Below are positions 21,539 through 30,401 of a stretch of 64,000 bases of DNA, piece after piece; the first letter of the stretch is position 1; each line of letters starts with the position of its first letter. Source of the DNA: Rebecca billardiae RCC1528 (taxonomy: Eukaryota > Protista > Haptophyta); contig OZ251240.1 of the NCBI GenBank assembly GCA_965240325.2, forward strand, positions 372,001-436,000, read 5' to 3'. The translations under genes were made by a program, and so were the position numbers. The notes under the pieces are model-generated. The model had not been told where the DNA came from and made no database searches. It saw only the letters and a list, made by a program, of their open reading frames with translations.

Positions 21539-22201
21539 TCACGAGCCCACGTTCGTCGCTTTGCGCATCGCCTTGAAGTCACCAATCTTGAGCGCAGGCG
21601 CAAAGTAGGCCCAGCCGCGCACGATACCGTTGGTCGTCAGCTTCAGGTCGTCCGTGGCGTCGACGGCGGCTGAGGCGACGTAGGTCTCTTTGAAGCCGCC
21701 GATGCCGAGCAGGAAGTTGCGCGTGAAGAGCAGCCTGTCGGGCCGCAGGCTCCACGAGCCCGTCCTCGCCACGAGCCCGCCCTCCCAGATGGCCTTGCCC
21801 TCCGAGTCGAAGAGGACCTGCAGCCGCTCTGACGAGCCGTCCTCCTTCTGGATGTCGATGATCCACACCGTGCGCGCGACGTCCGTGTCCTCGAGCACGG
21901 GCTCGAGCGGCTCCTCATCCTCACCAGCCGCCGCGGGCTCGCCCTCGCTCGACATGGCGAACCCGGGCCCCGCAGGCGCGTCGAGCGGCCAGTCGTCGGC
22001 GCTGCCCACCGCGGGCGGCGCCGGCGCCTCTGTGGCCTCGCGGCCGTCCGCGTCGCTGAGCATGAGCGGCGTGGCGGTCGCGCGCTGCGGTGACCGCACA
22101 TACGTCGGAGCCAGCCGGGCGAACGCCGAGCTCGCGCCCCCCGCGCCCGGCGCCAGCGCGAACACCGCGAGCGCGCCGGAGGCGAGCACCCACGCCGTCA
22201 T
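21539..22201 (-). CDS. Hypothetical protein with a bipartite (plastid-type) targeting signal
   Basis: Hydrophobic leader followed by SSAF and an Arg/Thr-rich transit-like stretch; acidic linker; beta-rich C-terminal domain. Confidence 0.6.
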   Translation of the reverse strand: MTAWVLASGALAVFALAPGAGGASSAFARLAPTYVRSPQRATATPLMLSDADGREATEAPAPPAVGSADDWPLDAPAGPGFAMSSEGEPAAAGEDEEPLEPVLEDTDVARTVWIIDIQKEDGSSERLQVLFDSEGKAIWEGGLVARTGSWSLRPDRLLFTRNFLLGIGGFKETYVASAAVDATDDLKLTTNGIVRGWAYFAPALKIGDFKAMRKATNVGS

Positions 22202-22371
22202 CGCCCCGTGTCTAATTGGTCTCGAACAAACCGAGCGCAGCGGGGTGGGAATGCCACGCGGAACCGGTTTGCGCGTGCTCGCTGTCCGGCCGCGCTGGGA
22301 CCGACGGTGGAGGCCACGAGGTCGAGCCCTTCGCGAGCGGCACGACCGTCCAAGGCTCAAAGCAGTCCAAG

Positions 22372-23511
22372 ATGGTGGACGTGAAGCGCTTTTGCGGCTG
22401 GCACGGCCTCACCCTTGCGGCGTGCTGGCTGTCGCTCGGCGCGCACGCCGCGCTGCCGCGGGCTGCAGGCGTGTCACGCGTGGCACCACGCGCTCGCACC
22501 GCCATGCTCACCCCGCGCAAGCGCGCACCGCCGCCCGAGCTCGGCCTGGGCGAGGGCGGCGCTGCGCTCTTCGACGACGAGGACGAGGACGAGGACGACG
22601 GTGATGATGAGCTGGTGTTCGATCCCGACGACGTCTTCGACCCGGCCGCGCCGCCGAGCGAGGTTGAAATATCCGCGCCCGCCCTGTCGCCTGCGGACAA
22701 GTTCGTCTCCGAGCGCGTGCCCATCGAGCTCGGCGGCGGGCGCGCGCTGAGCATCTGCAGGCCGGCCGATGACGCCGTGCTCGAGCTGCTGATGGTGGAG
22801 GCGCGCGCCGAGGCGATGGCGGACGGGGGCAAGGACTTTGACGGGGTGATGCAGCGGCTCGTGCGCCAAGCCGTTGAAGAGCGCCCGCGCGTCTGGTTCT
22901 GGTCGATGATCTGGCCCAGCTCCGTCGCGTTTGCGCGCTGGCTCAGCGAGGACGAGGACGCGCGCGCGCTGCTCGACGGCCGCGAGGTGTGCGACTTTGG
23001 CGCCGGGCTCGGGCTGGCGGGCGTGGCCGCCGCGCGTATCGGCGGGGCGGCGAGCGTGGAGCTCGTCGACGGCGAGCCGCAGGCGTGCGAGTACGCCGCG
23101 TTCAACGCCGCGCTCAACGGCGTGGGCGAGCGCGCGCGCACCGTCTGCTTTGAGTGGGACGCGCTGCCGCTGCTGCGCGCGCAGCCTGCGGATGGGGCGG
23201 CGGCGCGCGGCGGCGCGGGCGGCGCGCCGGCGCCGTGCGACGTGCTGATCGCGTGCGACGTGGTCTACGACGCGGCCGCGCCGGCGCACCTCGCGCGCTG
23301 CGCCTCCGCGCTCGTGCGCCCCGGCGGCGCCATCGTCCTCGTCGACGAGACGGCCCGTCCATACGGCAGCGAGCAGCGGCTGCAGGAGCTGCGCGCACGG
23401 CTCGAGGGCGGCGAGGCGGCGTGGCAGCTCGCGGAGCAGCAGGACGTGGCCGTCGCGTGGCAGGGCAAGGAGCACCGCGTGGCCATCACGCTGCTGCGGC
23501 GGCTGCCGTAG
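22372..23511 (+). CDS. Class I SAM-dependent protein-lysine methyltransferase (METTL21/Methyltransf_16-like)
   Basis: WSMIWPSSVAFARWL, VCDFGAGLGLAG, LVDGE, FEWD, DVLIACDVVYD. Divergent from the 22201 gene across ~170 bp. Confidence 0.85.
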   Translation: MVDVKRFCGWHGLTLAACWLSLGAHAALPRAAGVSRVAPRARTAMLTPRKRAPPPELGLGEGGAALFDDEDEDEDDGDDELVFDPDDVFDPAAPPSEVEISAPALSPADKFVSERVPIELGGGRALSICRPADDAVLELLMVEARAEAMADGGKDFDGVMQRLVRQAVEERPRVWFWSMIWPSSVAFARWLSEDEDARALLDGREVCDFGAGLGLAGVAAARIGGAASVELVDGEPQACEYAAFNAALNGVGERARTVCFEWDALPLLRAQPADGAAARGGAGGAPAPCDVLIACDVVYDAAAPAHLARCASALVRPGGAIVLVDETARPYGSEQRLQELRARLEGGEAAWQLAEQQDVAVAWQGKEHRVAITLLRRLP

Positions 23512-23879
23512 GCCGGCTGGCATGGCTCCGGCGGGCAGGCCACCCGCCAGAGCAGGCGGCGCGCAGGCCGTGACACTGGCCCACGACCGCCGCGACTCGT
23601 CTGCTGCTGATGGCGTGGCCGCCGTGGCACGACGGCGACCGTGCTGGCGCGGCGGCCATGGGCCATCACAGCAGCGCGCATAGTTGGCACCGCAGGGCGC
23701 CCCCATATATATCATCGTCGAAAGCATCCGGGTCGCCGTGAGTCGGATGATATAATATGATCAATGATGCTTCACTATCGTCGCAGCTATACGGCAGTAT
23801 ATAAGCAGAATATTGCAGCCGCGATATACGGTAGTAGTACGGCACTCGGACTGTAGCCTACGACGGCTCACTCTTGCAG

Positions 23880-24037
23880 GCGCGGGGGGCGCAGGGGGGC
23901 AGAGCCCCCCGCGCTGTGGGAGTGTGGCGGGCCCGCGCTGAGTCTTTAGGCCCGGCCGCCTAAGAAATTAATTATGGCCCGCGGTGCAGGGCGGAGCGCG
24001 CAGCGTGGAGCCCGCACCAGCGGGCCCGAACCACGTT
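23880..24037. other. Two GC-rich stem-loops at the left edge of the primase element
   Basis: GCGCGGGGGGC-GCAGGGGGGCAGA-GCCCCCCGCGC (23880-23914) and GGCCCGC GGTGC A GGGC...GCCC GCACC A GCGGGCC (~23976-24026). Confidence 0.7.
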
Positions 24038-24447
24038 TCAAAAAGATCTTTGATCAAAGAAAAAAGGGACGGGGGACGATTTTCAGGGCTGGAGGAGACC
24101 GAGTTTCGAATTTTGAGACTCCCTTACAGGTGCATCCTCGTCGGACCAAGGACCCCAGTTTCTCCCGGGTAACAATTCCTCTAACTATTACTCACCCCCG
24201 TCGCGCCCGTGAAAAGTGTTACGGGCCGAGCGTAGCAGTAACATGTAACACTCTCACGCCGGACTCACGCCCGGACTGCGGGTGTCTGACCGAGCCGCAC
24301 TCGCCGCCCGTGACTAAACGCCCTGGCTGAGCACACTGTCAGCCATCACTTTCACTTGAGACCGTCGGTGGCGTCGGTCTCGGATTCTCGCGGCCCGTTG
24401 CCGGCCAGTCCGGGTCCGGGTCCGGGGCCGGGCGGGTGGCGCTGGGC

Positions 24448-24750
24448 CCCGGGAGGAGGCCCCCTGTAACAGCTGTAACACCGTAACACGTAACAAGTCC
24501 GGCGCGGCGAGTCCGGGAGCCGACCGGTCCAGGTCCGGGGCGGGCGGGCCGCCCGGGCCGGGCCCGGGAGGAGGCCCCCTGTAACAGCTGTAACACCGTA
24601 ACACGTAACACAATGGCGCCGCTCGGCCGCGGCCCGTCGGCCCGGTGAAAAAATGGCGGCGGGGCGCGCGGCGCGCAGCGTCGCGCTCGGTGCGCTCGGC
24701 GGGGCTCGAGGAACGACTGCGGACGGGCGAGCGCGCACGGGCGCGAGCAC
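24448..24750 (+). repeat. Left arm of the ~300-bp inverted repeat around the primase gene (contains 2 GTAACA modules)
   Basis: Reverse complement of ~26295-26594 with a few mismatches and indels. Confidence 0.9.
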
Positions 24751-24842
24751 GAGTCGCGTCGCCCGCGCCCCTCCCCGAGCGACCTGCCGCCGCGTCTCGC
24801 GACGATGGCGCAGTGGCCGCTCGTCCGTGGCCGCGTGAAAAA

Positions 24843-26096
24843 ATGGCGGCGGGGCGCGCGGCGCGCAGCGTCGCGCGCCCAGGCGAGGCGTGCACGCACG
24901 AGGTTGTGTTCCTGGCAAGTGGCTCGCAGCGTACGTTCGGCGGCCGGCTGCACGTGCCGAGCAGCCGCCTGCGCGAGCTCGATGCACTCGTGGCCGCGCA
25001 GCACTTGGTGCACGGCGCGCGCGCGCCCATGGTGGTCGAGGCGCTCGGCGCGCGCGCGCGCTTCGTCGTCGATGTGGACTGCGCCTTCAGCACCGCGCCC
25101 TCCCCCTCGGACGTGGCCGCACTGCTCGTCGGCCTCTACCGCGTCGCGGAGGAGCATCTGCCCGTGCCCGTTCCCGTGGCTGGGCGCGTCGTGTACGTCT
25201 CGGCGCGCGCGCCCAGCCCCGCGACCGCCGCCGGCTCGGCGCCGGGCGTGCGCCGAGCCGGGATTCACGCGACATGGAACGACTCGGCCATCGTCTCGGC
25301 CGCTGAGGCGGCGCGCATCGCGCGCGTCCTGCTCGACTGGGCGCGCTCGCAGCCGCGGCCGCCGTGCTGGCACAAGCTCGAGATCGACTGCAGCATCTAC
25401 GGGGCGGGCCTGCGCCTGCCGTTCACGGCCAAGTCGGACGGCGGCCCGCCCTACCTGCCGGCAGCCGTCGTCGCCGCCGACGAGCACGGCGCCGTGCGCT
25501 GCGCGTGGCTCGACGCGCTGCCTGCGCAGCACGCGCTGCGGCGGCTCGCGGCGGATGGCGCGCGCTGGCTCTCTCGCGCGCGGCTGCGCACCGAGCTGGT
25601 CGAGTGGAGCGCGCCGCCGCCCGCGCCCGGCCGACCGGCTGTGCCGGCGACGAGCGCCGCCGGTCGCGATGCGGCGGCCGGCGCGCGGCGCGCGGCGCTG
25701 GTCGGCTGGCTCAACGAGCAGCTGCACGCGCACGCACGAGTCTCTGGCTCGGCCGAGCGCTGGCCGCGCATCGTGCAGGTGTTTGCTGGGAGCACGGCGC
25801 ACGGCCCGGTCGCGACGTGCTCGACCGCCAGCAGGTGGTGCGAGTGCAAGGGCGCCGAGCACGCGCGACGCACCGTCTTCTACTTCGCCAAGTCCGACGG
25901 CCTCGACCTGTGCTGCGCCGACGAGGCGTGCGTGCCAGCGCGCGGCGCCGGGTACGCGCGCGCCGTCTGCCTGCGCAGCATGCTCTTCTGCGCGGGCGGC
26001 GGCCGCACGGGCGCGCCGCCCCGCATCGCCGAGTTTGCCTCGCGCTTCCACGCCGCGTTCGCCAGCGGCCGTGCCGCGATGGGCCCGGCGCGTTGA
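24843..26096 (+). CDS. Archaeo-eukaryotic primase / PrimPol (NCLDV-herpes clade-like, A468R-type) with C-terminal UL52/PrimPol-like zinc finger, 417 aa
   Basis: GGRLHVP...MVVE; motif I RFVVDVD; motif II AGIHATW; motif III IDCSIY followed by GLRLPFTAK..PYLP; zinc finger SRWCECKGAEH..RTVFY...CCADEAC. Confidence 0.8.
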   Translation: MAAGRAARSVARPGEACTHEVVFLASGSQRTFGGRLHVPSSRLRELDALVAAQHLVHGARAPMVVEALGARARFVVDVDCAFSTAPSPSDVAALLVGLYRVAEEHLPVPVPVAGRVVYVSARAPSPATAAGSAPGVRRAGIHATWNDSAIVSAAEAARIARVLLDWARSQPRPPCWHKLEIDCSIYGAGLRLPFTAKSDGGPPYLPAAVVAADEHGAVRCAWLDALPAQHALRRLAADGARWLSRARLRTELVEWSAPPPAPGRPAVPATSAAGRDAAAGARRAALVGWLNEQLHAHARVSGSAERWPRIVQVFAGSTAHGPVATCSTASRWCECKGAEHARRTVFYFAKSDGLDLCCADEACVPARGAGYARAVCLRSMLFCAGGGRTGAPPRIAEFASRFHAAFASGRAAMGPAR

Positions 26097-26294
26097 CGAC
26101 GCGGCGGCCGTGCAGCGCGCATGCGCCCGCGCGCCGTCGCCGTCGCCGCCGCCGCCGCCCCGCCGCCGCCGCCGCCGCCGCCGCGCCCACCTCGCGCCGT
26201 CGGCCGACGGGCTCGGCAAACGAGGCGGCGTGCAAACAAGGACTCGGCGCTCGCGCCGGGGTCGGTGCAGCGCGACGCCACGCGAACCGCCGCG

Positions 26295-26594
26295 GTGCTC
26301 GCGCCCGTGCGCGCTCGCCCGTCCGCGGGCGCTCCTCGAGCCCCGCCGAGCGCACCGAGCGCGACGCTGCGCGCCGCGCGCCCCGCCGCCATTTTTTCAC
26401 CGGGCCGACGACGGGCCATGGCCGAGCGGCGCCATTGTGTTACGTGTTACGGTGTTACAGCTGTAACAGGGGGCCTCCTCCCGGGCCCGGCGGCCCGCCC
26501 GCCCCGGACCTGGACCGGTCGGCTCCCGGACTCGCCGCGCCGGACTTGTTACGTGTTACGGTGTTACAGCTGTTACAGGGGGCCTCCTCCCGGG
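26295..26594 (-). repeat. Right arm of the inverted repeat
   Basis: Reverse complement of 24448-24750. Confidence 0.9.
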
Positions 26595-27637
26595 CCCGGC
26601 GGCCCGCCCGCCCCGGCCCCGGCCCGGCCGGCTCCCGGACTCGCCGCGCCGGACTTGTTACGTCGTGTTACGGTGTTACAGCTGTCTGTTACAGGGGGCC
26701 TCCTCCCGCGGGCCCGCGGCAGCGCGGCCCGGGCCCGCCGGCAGCCCCGGACTCGGACGAGCCGGACTTGTTACGTGTTACGGTGTTACAGCTGTTACAG
26801 GGGGCCTCCTCCCGGGCCGCGAGGCCCGGGCCCGCCGGCAGCCCCGGACCCGGACGCGCCGGACTTGTTACGTGTTACAGGTGTTACAGCTGTTACAGGG
26901 GGCCGCTCCTCCCGGGCCCGGCGCGGCCGGCCCGCCGGCAGCCCCGGACTCCGGGACGAGCCGGACTTGTTACGTGTTACAGGTGTTACAGCTGTTACAG
27001 GGGGCCTCCTCCCGGGCCGCGAGGCCCGGGCCCGCCGGCAGCCCCGGACCCGGACGCGCCGGACTTGTTACGTGTTACAGGTGTTACAGCTGTTACATTA
27101 CGGGGGGCCTCCTCCCGGGCCCGGCGCGGCCGGCCCGCCGGCAGCCCCGGACTCCGGGACGAGCCGGACTTGTTACGTGTTACAGGTGTTACAGCTGTTA
27201 CAGGGGGCCTCCTCCCGGGCCGCGAGGCCCGGGCCCGCCGGCAGCCCCGGACCCGGACGCGCCGGACTTGTTACGTGTTACGGTGTTACAGCTGTTACAG
27301 GGGGCCTCCTCCCGGGCCCGGCGCGGCCGGCCCGCCGGCAGCCCCGGACTCCGGGACGAGCCGGACTTGTTACGTGTTACAGGTGTTACAGCTGTTACAG
27401 GGGGCCTCCTCCCGGGCCGCGAGGCCCGGGCCCGCCGGCAGCCCCGGACCCGGACGCGCCGGACTTGTTACGTGTTACGGTGTTACAGCTGTTACAGGGG
27501 GCCTCCTCCCGGGCCCGGCGCGGCCGGCCCGCCGGCAGCCCCGGACTCCGGGACGAGCCGGACTTGTTACGTGTTACGGTGTTACAGCTGTTACAGGGGG
27601 CCTCCTCCCGGGCCGCGAGGCCCGGGCCCGCCGGCCC
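26438..27637 (+). repeat. Tandem array of 12 ~100-bp units, each with 4x TGTTAC followed by GGGGGCCTCCTCCCGGG; alternating A/B linkers give a ~198-bp higher-order repeat
   Basis: Units start near 26438, 26547, 26656, 26769, 26866, 26968, 27066, 27171, 27269, 27367, 27466 and 27565. Confidence 0.95.
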
Positions 27638-28835
27638 AGGAGTGCCGCCGCGGACCGACCACGCCGCTGACTCAGGACGCCGACGGCGTCACGGCGGCGA
27701 TGCGGCGCGCCGCCGCGCGGCCGCCGCCGCGCGCGCGCGCCTGACGCGCGCGCTGTCGAGCCGCAGTCCCTCGCGTGCCTGCGCTGGCGGGTGACCGGGG
27801 TGTTACCATCGCTACGGCCGACAGGGCCAAAAATCCCTATAGAAAACATTTCCCCTATGAAGGTAATATGGGTAGCAGAAACTCGGGTCCATACCCCCTC
27901 GTCGAAAAAGGACGCGGCCGCCGTCTTGAATAGTGAACAGAGGAATCAACGAAACCCACGCCCAAGTGTGCCAGGCTGGGTAAATTTTGTGGGTAGACTC
28001 TCGTTCATGTGTGATAGTTTGCCTCCGCCTTGATGAATATGAACTTGGCTTCGCGGCGGTTGGTATCTAGAGTCTAAAACCCGCAAGCCTTATTGAAAAT
28101 ACCCGCGCAGCTATTCGTTGCCAGCCCATTCCATAGTCACTGACTTATACCGAGCTGGCGAGCTCAAAACCTGCCGCCGTCGCAAGCACGTGCGCAGGTT
28201 CCTTCGGGGGTGGCGAGCGAGCCGCGACGACTCTTGGTCCAAGCCTCCAAGGGGGCGCTCGATAATGGGCAGGTGCGCGTGGCGAGTGCCGAGTGGCGCC
28301 TGGAGCGCGCGTCTGCGGCGGGTCCCGACGGCCGTCAACATCGCGTTCGTGCCCGCTCACTAGTCGTCACTCCGCACGCCCCTGCCGCGCCCTGTCGATG
28401 CCTGCGCGGCCGGCCGCGCGGCCGCGCCGCGCCGCCGCCGCAGCCGCCGCCCTGTGTTCGGGCTCTCGCAAGCTCGGGGGCAGCGGCGCATGATGCCGGA
28501 CTGATCGATCTCTGAGTCTCCGACTTCACCACACGCCCCCCTTGCCATGCCTCTCCGCCAGGGTCTCCCAGAACTCTTCTTCAGAGCAGGCGCAAGTCGA
28601 ACTGGCCGCGGCCCCGGCCGGCGCCGTCGGCTCCCCGTGGCTGTCAGCTCCGCGTGGCCTGGGCGCCTGGCGTGCCCAGAGCTGGCCGTGCCTCTGCGAC
28701 GCGTGCCGAGCCTGACCGAGGTGTGTCACCCCGTGCACGCGCGGCGCGCGCAAGCACCGGTGCTGCATGGCTGCTCGCACCGTGCTCCCTGGCTCGGTCA
28801 GTCAGCTCACTAGGCCGCGTGTCGCCTGTCAGTGT

Positions 28836-29080
28836 GCACGTAGAGTCGCGCTCATGCGTCGCTCACGCCTCGCGCCCGCCTGTCGGCCGTCGCGCAGGCG
28901 CGCAGGTCGAACCCTACTGACCTGCAGATCATCTACTCCTGCGCTGCTGGCGTCGCGGCGACGACGGTCAGCGGCAGGCCCGAACGAACGGTCGAATGCG
29001 CGGTCCCACGGTGCAAGAGTCGCGCTCGTGCGTCGATCACGCCGAGTCGCATCCGCCTGTCGGCCGTCGCGCACGCGCAG
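28836..29080 (+). repeat. Imperfect ~70-bp direct repeat, two copies (~28836-28905 and ~29012-29080)
   Basis: AGAGTCGCGCTC(A/G)TGCGTCG...CCGCCTGTCGGCCGTCGCGCA occurs twice. Confidence 0.7.
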
Positions 29081-30028
29081 GGGGTCAGGTAAGGGCCGTC
29101 TGTGATGAGGGCAGCTCGGCCGACGACCGACATCCACACTCGGCGCACGCCAGCCGCCGACGCGCCCGCGCCCGGCCGGCCGGCCGGGCCGGCGGCGGCG
29201 CGGCGCTGGGCGGCGCGCCGCTGGATGGAGTCTAGACACTCTAGTTACGTACGGGACGACTGCGACGGAGGGTGCACCGCCACCGCGGGCCCCGAACTAC
29301 GTTCGTTCTACGGAAAAGGACCGCGGAACGCGGTCATATTATTTTGGGCCATATTTTGTCAGAGAAATAATAATAAATAATCTGGCATGATGATGAGTTG
29401 CATGGATGCTGCGCCGTGCACTGGCCATGAGTCTCAGTCAGTCATCATCAGGAGAAGTCGGGACGACTTGGCCTGTACAGTACTCGTAGTCGGGCCGCGC
29501 GCCGCGTCCCACGTGCACCGCACTGCGCCTTGGCGGACCACTCGACCTCGTCAGCCGCGGACGACGTCAGTCCGCCCGGTTTCTTATAGTGCATACTCAC
29601 TCACAGCGCATTGAGCATAAAGCTAGTGCTGACTATGCGTATGGCGAACCAGCCAATCGCTACAGTCTCAGTTTCTAGGCCATGCAGATCCGCAGATAGC
29701 AAGCCCGCCCAGTTTCTTAACTCGTGACGACAGCTCGCCTTATTGCCTGCGATTGGGCTCCGAAGTTGGGACCTGTTGCCTGTTGGCTGTTATAGAATAT
29801 AGATAGATGATGTCGTAAGTAAGCAGTCGCACTGACCCGAATAATAAATGTACTAATATAATAATAATAGATTATTTATTAATAATATAATAGCTATATT
29901 GCTAACGACTGATGCTGCCGCGCGCGCGCGTCGGCGTGATGGCGAGCCGTGACAAATACAATGCTGACGATGATGATGACAATCAGCACATCATATTGAC
30001 AATGATGTGATGACGAATGACGACGATG

Positions 30029-30168
<140 letters not shown>

Positions 30169-30401
30169 CTGTCGTCGTCGTCATATCGCGATCATCGTCA
30201 GTCGATCGACGAGTCGCTCAGTAGTCGCGGGAGTGCCGGAGTGCGGCCAGCGACTCGTCACGACTCCGGCGATCACGGATCAGACTCTGCTCCGTAACAG
30301 CCGGCGGGAGGATGCCGCCGGTGCTCCCGATGATGCCGCCAGCACCAAGTGACCGAGCCCACCCCGAGTCCGCGCCTCGTCGAGTCGTCGAACGCCTGCA
30401 G

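Larger units (their letters stand above)
23880..29305. mobile_element. Putative primase-polymerase-encoding element (boundaries uncertain; core 24448-27637)
   Basis: Single AEP gene within ~300-bp inverted repeats, TGTTAC iteron arrays, terminal hairpins, and a ~30-nt motif shared by 24006-24037 and ~29267-29303. Confidence 0.5.

Noticed and set aside
26438-27637. CRISPR array or repeat-protein ORFs (CYVLRCYSCY translations; ORFs 25364-27670, 26121-27794, 26665-27744)
   Set aside because: The spacers are two alternating near-identical linkers. Indels shift frames between units, so the ORFs are by-products of a DNA repeat.
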